Shown here: one piece after another, positions 9,022 through 18,504 of the stretch | Numbering within the stretch: position 1 is the first letter of the stretch | How the letters are laid out: every line of letters begins with the position of its first letter | From: an uncultured Fimbriimonadaceae bacterium | GTDB lineage: Bacteria > Armatimonadota > UBA10988 | Length of the DNA stretch: 64,000 nt | Reading direction: 5' to 3' | Assembly (NCBI GenBank): GCA_964405335.1 | Contig: CAYONP010000005.1 | Location: 9,202 to 73,201, forward strand | Position numbers and translations under genes: made by a program | Notes under the pieces: model-generated | What the model saw: only the letters and a program-made list of their open reading frames with translations | The model's database searches: none | Told to the model about the DNA's origin: nothing

Positions 9022-10318
9022 CGATCAGCTCGAGCAACGCAGACGCCGTGCGCTCGGCCGCGCCCCGGCTCGAGTCGACCGCCGCCCGGGCCCGAGAGCC
9101 GGCCGCCGCCAGCTCGGCGGGCGCGTCGAGCAGCGCCAGCGCTTGTTCGGCCAGCTCGCCGGCATCGTGCACGAACCAGAGCGCGCCGGCGCGTTCGAGC
9201 AGCGCCACGCTGTCGCGGAAGTTGGCCACGTGCGGGCCGACCAGCACCGGCTTGCCCTGCGCCGCGGCCTGCATCACATTGCTCCCGCCCAGCGGCTCGA
9301 GCGTCCGGCCGACAAAGACCACCGTCGCCACCGCGTAGAGCTCGCTCAGCTCGCCGATGGTGTCGACCACCACCACCGCCTGCTCGGCCAGCGAGCGAGC
9401 CGCGCGGCCCGGCAGTTCGGTCCGCAGCACCACCGCGTGACCGGCGCGCCGGGCCGCCTCGACCACCTCGGCCGAGCGCTCGATCAGCCGCGGCACGAGG
9501 ATCAGCCGCGCGGCCGGATGCCGCCGCCGCACCGTCTCGAACGCCGCCAGCACCGCCTCGTTCTCCCCCGGCGCGGTACTGCCGGCAAGCAGCACCGGCG
9601 CCTCGGCGGCCAGACCGAGCGTCTTGCGCCACCAGGCCAGCCGGGCGGAATCGACCGTGGGGAACGGCTCGTCGAACTTGACGTTGCCGGCGACGACGAC
9701 CCGCTCGGCCGGCGCGCCGAGCGCGATCAGGCGCTCGCGGTCGAGCGCCGACTGCATCAGGCAACGGTCGAGCTGCGGCAGGAAGGCGCCGTAGAACCAG
9801 CGCAGGCCGAACGAGCGGATCCGCCGCAGTGACCGGTCGGAGATGCGGCCGTTGGCCAGCGCCACGCGCACGCCGGCCGCGCGGCAGCGGCGGATCAGGT
9901 TCGGCCACAGCTCGGTGTCGATCGAGCAGAACAAGTCCGGCCGCAGCGCGGCGATGACCCGATCGACCAGCCAGGGATAGTCGAACGGCACGTAGAAGGT
10001 GCCGGCCAAGCCGGGTAGGCGCGCCGCCAGATCGCCGCCCGAGCGGGTCCAGTGCGAGATGACCAGCACCGCGCCGGGCGCCCGCCGGCGCAGCGCGGCG
10101 ACCAGCGCGCCGGCGGCCTGCACCTCGCCGACCGAGGCGGCGTGGATCCAGATCACCCGCCGGCCGCGGCAGGCGTTGACCAGCGGCGCGGGCAGGCGGC
10201 CGAGACGGTTGAGCCAACCCTCGTGGTGCCGCCGGCGGAGCATCCGCTGCACCTGCCCACCAAGCGCCAAGAGCGGCGCGGCCAGGATCCCGACGACGTT
10301 GTAGAGCAGATAGAACAT
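9014..10318 (-). CDS. waaA: 3-deoxy-D-manno-octulosonic acid (Kdo) transferase
   Basis: IWIHAASVGEVQAAGALVAALR, the GT30 N-terminal signature, and a GT-B C-terminal half. It shares 1 nt with the msbA start. Confidence 0.85.
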   Translation of the reverse strand: MFYLLYNVVGILAAPLLALGGQVQRMLRRRHHEGWLNRLGRLPAPLVNACRGRRVIWIHAASVGEVQAAGALVAALRRRAPGAVLVISHWTRSGGDLAARLPGLAGTFYVPFDYPWLVDRVIAALRPDLFCSIDTELWPNLIRRCRAAGVRVALANGRISDRSLRRIRSFGLRWFYGAFLPQLDRCLMQSALDRERLIALGAPAERVVVAGNVKFDEPFPTVDSARLAWWRKTLGLAAEAPVLLAGSTAPGENEAVLAAFETVRRRHPAARLILVPRLIERSAEVVEAARRAGHAVVLRTELPGRAARSLAEQAVVVVDTIGELSELYAVATVVFVGRTLEPLGGSNVMQAAAQGKPVLVGPHVANFRDSVALLERAGALWFVHDAGELAEQALALLDAPAELAAAGSRARAAVDSSRGAAERTASALLELIDA

Positions 10319-12072
10319 CAGCCGGTCTGACGCGACTGCAGCAGGTAGGCACGCTGGTAGTGACCCGGCAGGCGGAGCAGCTCTTCGTGCCTGCCGGTGG
10401 CGACGATGCGGCCGTGCTCGAGGACCACGATTCGGTCGGCCCGCAGGATGGTGCTCAGCCGGTGGGCGATCATCAGCGTGGTGCGGCCGGCCATCAGCCG
10501 CTCGAGCGCCTCTTGGACCAGCGCCTCGCTCTCGGAATCGAGCGACGAGGTGGCCTCGTCGAGGATCAGCACCCGCGGGTCGCGCAGCACGGCGCGGGCG
10601 ATGGCGATGCGCTGCGCCTGGCCGCCGCTGAGCTTGGCCCCGCGCTCGCCCACCTCGGTCTGGTAGCCGTCGGGCAGCTCGGCGATGAACCCCGCGGCGT
10701 TGGCCACCTCGGCGGCGCGAGCGATCTCGCCGGCCGAGGCACCGGGCCGGCCGAAGGCGATGTTGAACCCGATGCTGCCGCGGAACAGCACCGTCTCTTG
10801 CGGCACAATCCCGAGGTGGCGACGCAGCGAGGCGAGAGTCACCTCGCGCAGGTCGTGGCCGTCGAGCCGAACCGCGCCGGCGGTCGGGTCATAAAGCCGC
10901 GGGATCAGGTTGGCCAGGGTCGATTTGCCGGCGCCGCTCGGTCCGACCACGGCCACGGTCTCGCCCGGCGCCAGCTCTAGGTCGATGTCGCACAGCACCG
11001 GCTCGCCCTGCTGATAGGCGAAGCTGACCCGTTTGAACGTCACCCGACCCTCGACGCTGCCGAGCTCGCCGGCAGCGGGCGCGTCGGCGACGGTGACCGG
11101 TGCGTCGAGCAGCTCGAACACCCGGTCGGCGGCGGTGAGCAGCTCCTCGGCCGCCACCCGCGCCCGGCCGAACTGCTTGAAGTTGGTGGTCATCAGCATC
11201 AGGCCGGTCAGCACACTGACGAACCGCCCGAGTTCGATCGAGCCGTCGCGGTAGAGCAACCAGCCGCCGAGCACGCCGAGCAGCAGCAGCCCGGCCAGGC
11301 CGGTGACATGCACCGTCGGCTCGACAAAGGCGCGCACCCGCACGGTGCGCATCATCGCCCGGCGGGTCTCGAGGTTCTCGGCCTCGAACCGCTCGACTTC
11401 CTGCGGTCCGGCGCCGAAGCACTGGATCACCCGCATGCCGCTGATGCTCTCCTGCAGCCGCGCGCTCAGGTCGGCCAGGGTCGCCTGCACCTGCGCCGTG
11501 TGGCGGCGCATGCGCCGGCCGGCGGCGTTGAGCAGCGGCACCATCACGGCCGCGGTGCCGAACGCGACGAGGGTCAGCGCGACGCTCTGGTAGAGCATGC
11601 CGGCAATGAGCAGCAGGATGGTCAGCGGGCAGCGCGCCAGGCGCGTCAGCTCGACGGTCAGGCGGGTCTGGAGCAGGTTCAGGTCGTTGGTCGCGCGGGA
11701 CATCAAGCCGCCGGTGCGTTCGCCCTCATAAAAGCTGAGCGAGAGCTGGTGGATCTTGGCGAACAGGTCGCGGCGCAGGACGAAGAGAACTTTCTGCGCC
11801 GCGTAATCGAAGCAGAAGTTGCCGCTGAAGTCGGCGATCGCCTGCGCCAGGCCGAGCAGCATCAGCAGGCGGAGCAGCGGGTAGATGCGCTCGAGGTCGA
11901 CACTGCTGCCGCGGGATTCATCGACCAATGGGGCGAGCAGCACCGCCAGGATCGGCTCGGTGGCGGCGCGTACCGCGACGGCGACCAGGGCCACGGCCAG
12001 GATCCAGCGCAGCGGCGTGAAGTAGCCGGCCAGGCGGCGGGCAATCGTGGCGTTCGCCGGCCGGGCCCTCAT
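10318..12072 (-). CDS. msbA: lipid A export ABC transporter, fused permease/ATPase (MsbA-like)
   Basis: Six-TM N-terminal domain. Walker A GPSGAGKST, signature LSGGQAQRIAIARA, Walker B LILDEATSSLD. Position within the lipid A cluster supports MsbA. Confidence 0.8.
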   Translation of the reverse strand: MRARPANATIARRLAGYFTPLRWILAVALVAVAVRAATEPILAVLLAPLVDESRGSSVDLERIYPLLRLLMLLGLAQAIADFSGNFCFDYAAQKVLFVLRRDLFAKIHQLSLSFYEGERTGGLMSRATNDLNLLQTRLTVELTRLARCPLTILLLIAGMLYQSVALTLVAFGTAAVMVPLLNAAGRRMRRHTAQVQATLADLSARLQESISGMRVIQCFGAGPQEVERFEAENLETRRAMMRTVRVRAFVEPTVHVTGLAGLLLLGVLGGWLLYRDGSIELGRFVSVLTGLMLMTTNFKQFGRARVAAEELLTAADRVFELLDAPVTVADAPAAGELGSVEGRVTFKRVSFAYQQGEPVLCDIDLELAPGETVAVVGPSGAGKSTLANLIPRLYDPTAGAVRLDGHDLREVTLASLRRHLGIVPQETVLFRGSIGFNIAFGRPGASAGEIARAAEVANAAGFIAELPDGYQTEVGERGAKLSGGQAQRIAIARAVLRDPRVLILDEATSSLDSESEALVQEALERLMAGRTTLMIAHRLSTILRADRIVVLEHGRIVATGRHEELLRLPGHYQRAYLLQSRQTG

Positions 12073-12863
12073 CGCTCGAGCTGCCGGCCGTTCTTGCCCT
12101 CACGGATCGCGGCCACGAAGTCGAGCAGCTCGACGAGTTCGGCCGGCGGCGACGGCTCGGCGCGGAGCTGCTCGAGCATCTGGCCGCGGTGACCGTGCGA
12201 GAGGTAGAGCAGCCGAATCGCGCGCTGCAGCGCCGCGCGGGCCTCGCTCGTCACCCCGTTCCGCCGCAGACCGACGACGTTGATCCCGCGGACCTTGTTC
12301 GGGTTGCCTTCGGCCAGCGCGAACGGCGGCACGTCGGTGTTGACCCCCGCCAGACCGCTGACCATCGCCATGCGGCCGATGCTCACCTTCTGGTGCACCG
12401 CGGTCATGCCACCGATGACCACCCGATCGCCCAGGTGGCAGTGGCCGCCGATGGTGACCAGATTGGCCAGCATCACGTGGTCGCCGACCTGGCAGTCGTG
12501 GCCGAGGTGGACAAAGCCCATGAGCAGGCAGCCCGACCCGACGCGGGTCACGCCGCCCTCGTGGTTCGAGCGGTGGACGGTCACATTCTCGCGGATCGAG
12601 TTGTCATCGCCAAGTTCGAGGAAGGTCTCGTCGGTGGTGCACTTGAGGTCCTGCGCCGCGCCGCCGAGGATGGCGCCGGTGTCGACGGTGCAGCGGGCGC
12701 CCAGCGTGACCCGGCCGTGGATGGTCGCCCGCGGGCCGATGACGCAGTCGTCACCCAGCCGCGCGCCGGCAAAGACGAGGGCGTAGGCTCCGATGCGGCA
12801 CCGTTCGCCCAGCTCGGCGCCCGGCTCGACGACGGCGGTCGGATGGATCTCGGTCATCGGCAA
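12069..12863 (-). CDS. lpxA: acyl-ACP--UDP-N-acetylglucosamine O-acyltransferase
   Basis: Left-handed beta-helix hexapeptide repeats throughout plus the LpxA C-terminal helical domain (…NKVRGINVVGLRRNG…). ATGA overlap with msbA. Confidence 0.85.
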   Translation of the reverse strand: MPMTEIHPTAVVEPGAELGERCRIGAYALVFAGARLGDDCVIGPRATIHGRVTLGARCTVDTGAILGGAAQDLKCTTDETFLELGDDNSIRENVTVHRSNHEGGVTRVGSGCLLMGFVHLGHDCQVGDHVMLANLVTIGGHCHLGDRVVIGGMTAVHQKVSIGRMAMVSGLAGVNTDVPPFALAEGNPNKVRGINVVGLRRNGVTSEARAALQRAIRLLYLSHGHRGQMLEQLRAEPSPPAELVELLDFVAAIREGKNGRQLER

Positions 12864-12867
12864 CCTG

Positions 12868-13386
12868 CTACTCGCCGTCGGGCCGGATCAGCGCGAACGA
12901 ACCCGTCGCCTTGGCGACCAGCTCACCCTCGACAAAGGCCGACATCTGCGCCCGGCAGTTCAGCGCGCCGCGGAAGAAGCGTGACCGTTCGAGCGTTGCC
13001 TCGAGCCGCAACAGGTCGCCGGGCACCACCGGGCGGCGGAACTTCGCGTCGTCGATGCCGGTGAACAGCGTCAGCCAGTCGCCCGGCGCCACGGCCGACA
13101 TGACCGTCATGCCCGAGACCTGCGCCAGCGCCTCGATGATCAGCACCCCGGGCATCACCGGCCGGCCCGGAAAGTGGCCGGCGAAGAACGGCTCGTTGAC
13201 CGTTACGGCTTTGACCCCCACGGCGCGGGCCGCCGGCTCTAGCTCGATGATTCGGTCGACCATCAGCATCGGCGGCCGGTGCGGCAACAGCCGGCAGATC
13301 CCGGCGACATCCAGCACCCGCCCGGCGTAATGCGCGGCGACGGCTGGATCGGGGTAGAGAAACGTGCGCTCCTCGACTGCCGACAT
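12868..13386 (-). CDS. fabZ: 3-hydroxyacyl-ACP dehydratase
   Basis: LLPHRPPMLMVDRIIELEP…VNEPFFAGHFPGRPVMPGVLIIEALAQ is the FabZ hot-dog signature. I chose the internal Met (MSAVEERTF…) as the start because the upstream 143 aa of the ORF are Arg-rich junk. Confidence 0.8.
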   Translation of the reverse strand: MSAVEERTFLYPDPAVAAHYAGRVLDVAGICRLLPHRPPMLMVDRIIELEPAARAVGVKAVTVNEPFFAGHFPGRPVMPGVLIIEALAQVSGMTVMSAVAPGDWLTLFTGIDDAKFRRPVVPGDLLRLEATLERSRFFRGALNCRAQMSAFVEGELVAKATGSFALIRPDGE

Positions 13387-13466
13387 GACCGCTCCGTGGG
13401 CGCACCCAGAACGCCCTAATCTAGCAGCGCCGCCGGTGGCAGTCAATCGCCGGTGCGCGGCGTGGG

Positions 13467-14039
<573 letters not shown>

Positions 14040-14098
14040 CGCTGCTCCGTGCAGGCGTTATGCGGGCCTGCCGGAGCGCTGTCAGGATCGCGCGGGCG

Positions 14099-17000
14099 TC
14101 ACGGCCCGACGGAGAAGTCGTCCAGCCACCAGGTGGCCAACTGCGGGTTGACCCCCATGCCGGCGTGGCGATACGGCACCGGATCCAGCATGCCGAAGAT
14201 GATCCGCTGGATGGTCAGATCCTCGTTCTCGCCGGCGGCGGCAAAGGCCGCGGCCAGGTCGAACTCGACCGCCCGCCAGGTGTCGTCGGCGCGCGCCTGC
14301 AGGTCGCCCAGCGCGCGGTAGCCGGCCGGTCGCTCCTCGCCGCCGGTGAAGCGCAACTGGTACCAGCGGTCGCGGGCGCGGACATAGGCGTTGAGCGCCA
14401 CGTTCGGCGGCACCTTGTAGCGGAAGCGCAGCCGCGGCCGGTCGCCGAGCCGGAAGTCGTCGCTGACCGCCATCACCCCAAACTCGCCGCCGGTGACCAG
14501 ATTGCTGATCGCCAGTCCGAACTGCCCGGCGGCCGCCTCGCGCTCGCGGCTGATCAGCACGGGGTGCAGCGGGTTGAGGCCGCTGAACTGCCCGATGCCG
14601 CGCTCGAAGTCATTGGCGTAGGTCTGGGCCTCATCGGCCGTGCCATGGTTGGCGGCGGCCAGCAGCGCGCCGGTGTCGACAAACGGCGTGGGGGCCGGCT
14701 CGCGCTCGTACCAGAGCTTCGCCCGCGAGACCATGACGCCGTTCTGCACGGTGTAGAGCGCCGCCTTGCCACTGTCGATCGGGTCGGGATCTTCGACGTC
14801 GAAGAGCACCTTGTCGTCGACCACCGCGAGCAGCCGTCCACCGGCCTTGCGCAGCACCAGGTGGAACCAGTGCCGGTGGAAGTTGCGCGTCCCCTCGTCG
14901 TCGGTGGCGATGTGGGTGAAGTAGCTGTCGCGCGAGTCGTTGCGGCCGATCACCTTGCCGTTCTTGAGCAGCAGCGCGCAGGTGTTGTTCTCGGCGGCGA
15001 ACATCAGCGCATAGCCGCTGGTCACATCGCGCCCGTCGCCGCACAACACGACGCACAGGTCGCTGGCGTTCTCGTACCGGTTCTCGCCGTCGCGGGCCTT
15101 CATTTTGATGGCCATGTAGGCTTCGATTTGCTGATCACCGCCGTAGTCGGCCTTGGTCCAGATCAGGGGGTGCATGTCGAGGTAGCCGCCAAAGAAGCTC
15201 CACCGCGGGTCGCACTTCCACCGGTTGGTGGTCTCCCAGGTGCCCTTGCCGACATGCCAGGCAGTCGGCGCGGTGACGAAGGTCGTGTCGTAGCCGTTCG
15301 GCGTGCCGGCCTCGACGCGATCGAGGTCGACCCGGCCGCCCTGGCGCTGGATGCCGACGCTCCGGCCCGCCTCGGCCTGCGGTCGCTGATCGAACGTGCC
15401 GATCAGATACCGCGCATCGGCGTAGAGGCCGATGAACCGACCGCGGCGCACGAACCGCAGATTGTCTGCGTCACTCAGATCGACCGACGCCTGCGCCGCC
15501 GGCTGGCCGGCGATCTCGAGGCTGAGCAGGCGGTTCGGCTCGCCTTTCGGGTCGCGGGCGATCACCGCGCCGTAGCCGCTGGCGGCGGAGCGGCCGTCGC
15601 CGGCGAGGATGAGCCGCAGCGGGCTGTCGCCCGAGCCGACCAGTCGGGCGTCGACGGTCAGCCAGGCGTCGCCGCAGAACATGCCGCGGTGCCAGACCGT
15701 GCCGTCCTGCTCGGGTGCGGCGTGCCACGAGCCCGACGGCCGGCTCCAGGCGGCCATGGTCTCTTCTTCGGTGAACTGCTCGGTGAACTCGACCGGCCGC
15801 GGCGGCAGGATCTCCTCGACCGTCACGCCGTCGAAGATCACCCGCTCGCCGGCGGCCAGCAGGCCGGCCAGGCCGGCCGAGAGCGACGGGTCGAACGCCT
15901 CCAAGATGCGCTGGCCGCCGATGGCCGCGCCGATCCAGCCGTCTTCGACGGTGAGGTTGAGCCGGTGCCACTCGCCCGCCGGCGGCGCGCCGTCGCGCTG
16001 GACCAGCACCTCTTCGGCGCCGTCGCGCACGCGGATGAGCTGCAGCTTGTCGCGCCACGGCGCCGGTGCGCCGCGCCCGCCCCAGCGCAGCGCCACGTAG
16101 TTGCGCTCGTCGCGGTAGCCGGCCACCAGGCCCGCCCCGGCGCCGGTGGCCACCTTGGCGGTGGTGCCGACCCGCACGTTGCGCCAGGCCGCGTTGCCGC
16201 CCACCAGCAGGCCGGGCGCTCCGTGGTTGGCCACCACGCCGGGGTCGCGTTCACCGGGATTGTCGGCCTCCAGACGCCAGTTGCCGGCCACCGCGCGCCA
16301 GCGGCCGGCGCGCTCGGCGCTGAACGTCTCGACCAGGTCTTCGCTGCCGACAATCGACACGTCGTCGAAGTCGGCGAATTCGACCTGCTCGGCCAGCAGC
16401 CCCACTTCGCCCTGGCCGAGCAGATCAGTCTGCGCCCGGACCGCCACGCGGCCGTCGATCTCGGCCTCGACCACCCCGCCGGTCAGCTCGAGCGCAATCT
16501 CGTACCACTGGTCCTGCTGCCAGCCGCCGTCGTTCTTGGCCAGGACCGTTTTCTGACCATCGACCACCGCCACCAGCCGCCGCTCGCCGCCGCCGCCGCC
16601 GGCCGCCTGCCACTCGAACGCGAGGTAGGTCTTGTCGTCGCGCAGGTAGCCGGCCAGGCCAACCAGCCCGCTGCCCTTGGCCCGCACCGCCGCGCGGGTC
16701 CGGTAGCGGTCCCAGAACCAGTAGCCGGTGGTCGCCAACGCGCCGTCGCGGGTTTCGGTGGCGCGGTAGGCAAACGGGTTGCTGCTCTTCGTCGCGTCGG
16801 GCTGCTTGTCGCCGAAGCCGTCCTCCTGCGACACCCCGCTGGCCGTCCAGGTACCGCTCAGTGTGCGCCAACTGCCGCGCGCCTCGCCCGCGCGCATAAA
16901 ATCGTCGGTGAACCAGACCGTCTCGGTCGGCTGCAACTGCACCGCCTCGAGCCTGACCGCGGCCGCCGCGCTGCCGACAAGCACGCGGCCCGGAGCGAAC

Positions 17001-18472
17001 TGCTCGTCGCCGACCACCAGCCGCTCGCGGTCGTCGGTCAAGACGCGGATCGCATGCCGGTCGCGCTGCACCGTGATGGTCGAGCCGGCGCCGAGTGCCG
17101 CGGCCGACTCGGCCAGCACCTGGTCCTGATCGGGCCCGCGGTGGCGAATGAGGCGCAGGCGGTTCGGCTCGGCCAGCAGCACGTAGCCCGAGTGCGCGGT
17201 GTCGACATCGAACGCAATGCCCGCGCGCGCGCCGCGCGGCCACTCGCCGTCGGGCGCCAGGCGGAAGCGAACCTTGTACTGCTCGGGCGCCTGCTCGGCC
17301 ACCACGGTGACCGGCCGCTCGCCGGCGAGCAGTTCGGCCAGGGCCAGCTCGCGCTGCGCCTCGACGCGCCAGGCATTCGGGTCGTCGGCCCCGCGGAAGG
17401 CGTAGAGATGGCCGTCGAGCGAGGCGACATAGAGCATGCCCGCCCCGAGCGCCGGCGGCCACATGATGCCCGAGAGCAGGGCCGGCTCCTGGACCGCGGC
17501 CGGCGTCCAGGTCGAGATCACCTTGCCCGTCTCGAGCAGCACCGTCGCGACGGTACCGTCCTTGCCACCCAGGAAGCCGAACGGCCCGATGGTCAGCGGC
17601 GGCGCCGCCACCGGCGCCGAGCGCGGAATGGCCAGTCTGCGCCGGCCGGTCGCGGTGTCGAGGCCGTAGAGATGGCCGTCGCTCGAGCCGAAGTAAAGCA
17701 CACCGTCGCGGACGACCATCGGCGACCAGTTCGAGGTCTGGTCGACCGGCGCGGCGGCGGCCTCGGGCGTGTAGCGCCAGCGCTCCTTGCCGTCGGCAAG
17801 GGCGAGGGCGTAGACCGTGTCGTCGGGCAGCTTGAGATAGACCGTCTCGCCCTCGACCAGGGGTTTCGAGTCGACGATGCCGTCGGCAGGGAACTGCCAG
17901 ATCGCGTCGCCCGTCGCGGCGTCCAGCACGTGGAGCCGCCGGTCGTACGACGGGACGTAGAGCCGGCCCTGGTGCTCGGTGATCGCTGAGCCGATCCGGC
18001 CCTCACACTGGTACTGCCAGCGCGGCGAGCCGTCGGCGCGGTTCAGCCCGACCACCAGACCGCTGTCGCCCATGCCGACGATCACCGTCTCGCCGCTGAC
18101 CACCGCGCCGGCGTAAATGACCGTGCCGACCTGCTGAGTCCACCGCTCGGCGCCCGAGCCGGCGTCGAGCGCGGCGACCATGCCGTTGTCGGCGGTGGCG
18201 TAGACGATGCCATCGGCGATCACCGGCTGGCCATAGACCCGGCCGCCCAGGTCGCGTTGCCAACGCACCTCGCCGCTGCGCGCGTCGACGGCGTAGAGGT
18301 GGTTGTCGCGCGAGCCGGCATAGACCAACCCGCCGGCGACCGTCGGCGTGGCGTAGAAGCCGAACTCGGCCTCGAGCTGCCAGGCGAGCTGCAGCGGCGG
18401 ATAGACCGGCTGCTGAGCGAGGGCAAGCGGTCCGCAGACCAGCAACAACGCGGACCAGCGAGGCCAGGTCAT
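14099..18472 (-). CDS. giant secreted protein: N-terminal PQQ-type beta-propeller followed by multiple concanavalin/LamG (DUF1080-like) jelly-roll domains (1457 aa)
   Basis: Start at internal Met MTWPRWSALLLVCGPLALAQQ (signal peptide, GGGAG RBS). The upstream 204 aa of the ORF are Arg-rich junk. Repeated PQQ blades (LYAVDARSGEVRWQ, VYATADNGMVAALDAGSGAERW, …). The C-terminal G-x-W-x(n)-DG jelly-roll repeats recur at least 5 times. Confidence 0.7.
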   Translation of the reverse strand: MTWPRWSALLLVCGPLALAQQPVYPPLQLAWQLEAEFGFYATPTVAGGLVYAGSRDNHLYAVDARSGEVRWQRDLGGRVYGQPVIADGIVYATADNGMVAALDAGSGAERWTQQVGTVIYAGAVVSGETVIVGMGDSGLVVGLNRADGSPRWQYQCEGRIGSAITEHQGRLYVPSYDRRLHVLDAATGDAIWQFPADGIVDSKPLVEGETVYLKLPDDTVYALALADGKERWRYTPEAAAAPVDQTSNWSPMVVRDGVLYFGSSDGHLYGLDTATGRRRLAIPRSAPVAAPPLTIGPFGFLGGKDGTVATVLLETGKVISTWTPAAVQEPALLSGIMWPPALGAGMLYVASLDGHLYAFRGADDPNAWRVEAQRELALAELLAGERPVTVVAEQAPEQYKVRFRLAPDGEWPRGARAGIAFDVDTAHSGYVLLAEPNRLRLIRHRGPDQDQVLAESAAALGAGSTITVQRDRHAIRVLTDDRERLVVGDEQFAPGRVLVGSAAAAVRLEAVQLQPTETVWFTDDFMRAGEARGSWRTLSGTWTASGVSQEDGFGDKQPDATKSSNPFAYRATETRDGALATTGYWFWDRYRTRAAVRAKGSGLVGLAGYLRDDKTYLAFEWQAAGGGGGERRLVAVVDGQKTVLAKNDGGWQQDQWYEIALELTGGVVEAEIDGRVAVRAQTDLLGQGEVGLLAEQVEFADFDDVSIVGSEDLVETFSAERAGRWRAVAGNWRLEADNPGERDPGVVANHGAPGLLVGGNAAWRNVRVGTTAKVATGAGAGLVAGYRDERNYVALRWGGRGAPAPWRDKLQLIRVRDGAEEVLVQRDGAPPAGEWHRLNLTVEDGWIGAAIGGQRILEAFDPSLSAGLAGLLAAGERVIFDGVTVEEILPPRPVEFTEQFTEEETMAAWSRPSGSWHAAPEQDGTVWHRGMFCGDAWLTVDARLVGSGDSPLRLILAGDGRSAASGYGAVIARDPKGEPNRLLSLEIAGQPAAQASVDLSDADNLRFVRRGRFIGLYADARYLIGTFDQRPQAEAGRSVGIQRQGGRVDLDRVEAGTPNGYDTTFVTAPTAWHVGKGTWETTNRWKCDPRWSFFGGYLDMHPLIWTKADYGGDQQIEAYMAIKMKARDGENRYENASDLCVVLCGDGRDVTSGYALMFAAENNTCALLLKNGKVIGRNDSRDSYFTHIATDDEGTRNFHRHWFHLVLRKAGGRLLAVVDDKVLFDVEDPDPIDSGKAALYTVQNGVMVSRAKLWYEREPAPTPFVDTGALLAAANHGTADEAQTYANDFERGIGQFSGLNPLHPVLISREREAAAGQFGLAISNLVTGGEFGVMAVSDDFRLGDRPRLRFRYKVPPNVALNAYVRARDRWYQLRFTGGEERPAGYRALGDLQARADDTWRAVEFDLAAAFAAAGENEDLTIQRIIFGMLDPVPYRHAGMGVNPQLATWWLDDFSVGP

Positions 18473-18504
18473 GTCACCACGCTCCCGGACGATCTGGATG
18501 GCGC

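Noticed and set aside
8814-10352. 512-aa minus-strand ORF overlapping waaA/lpxK in another frame
   Set aside because: Arg/Ala/Gly-rich junk. The waaA and lpxK frames carry the diagnostic motifs.
14060-17989. 1309-aa plus-strand ORF antisense to the PQQ-propeller gene
   Set aside because: Its composition is dominated by R/A/G/V/D runs and it has no recognisable domains. The minus-strand frame encodes clear PQQ and jelly-roll repeats.
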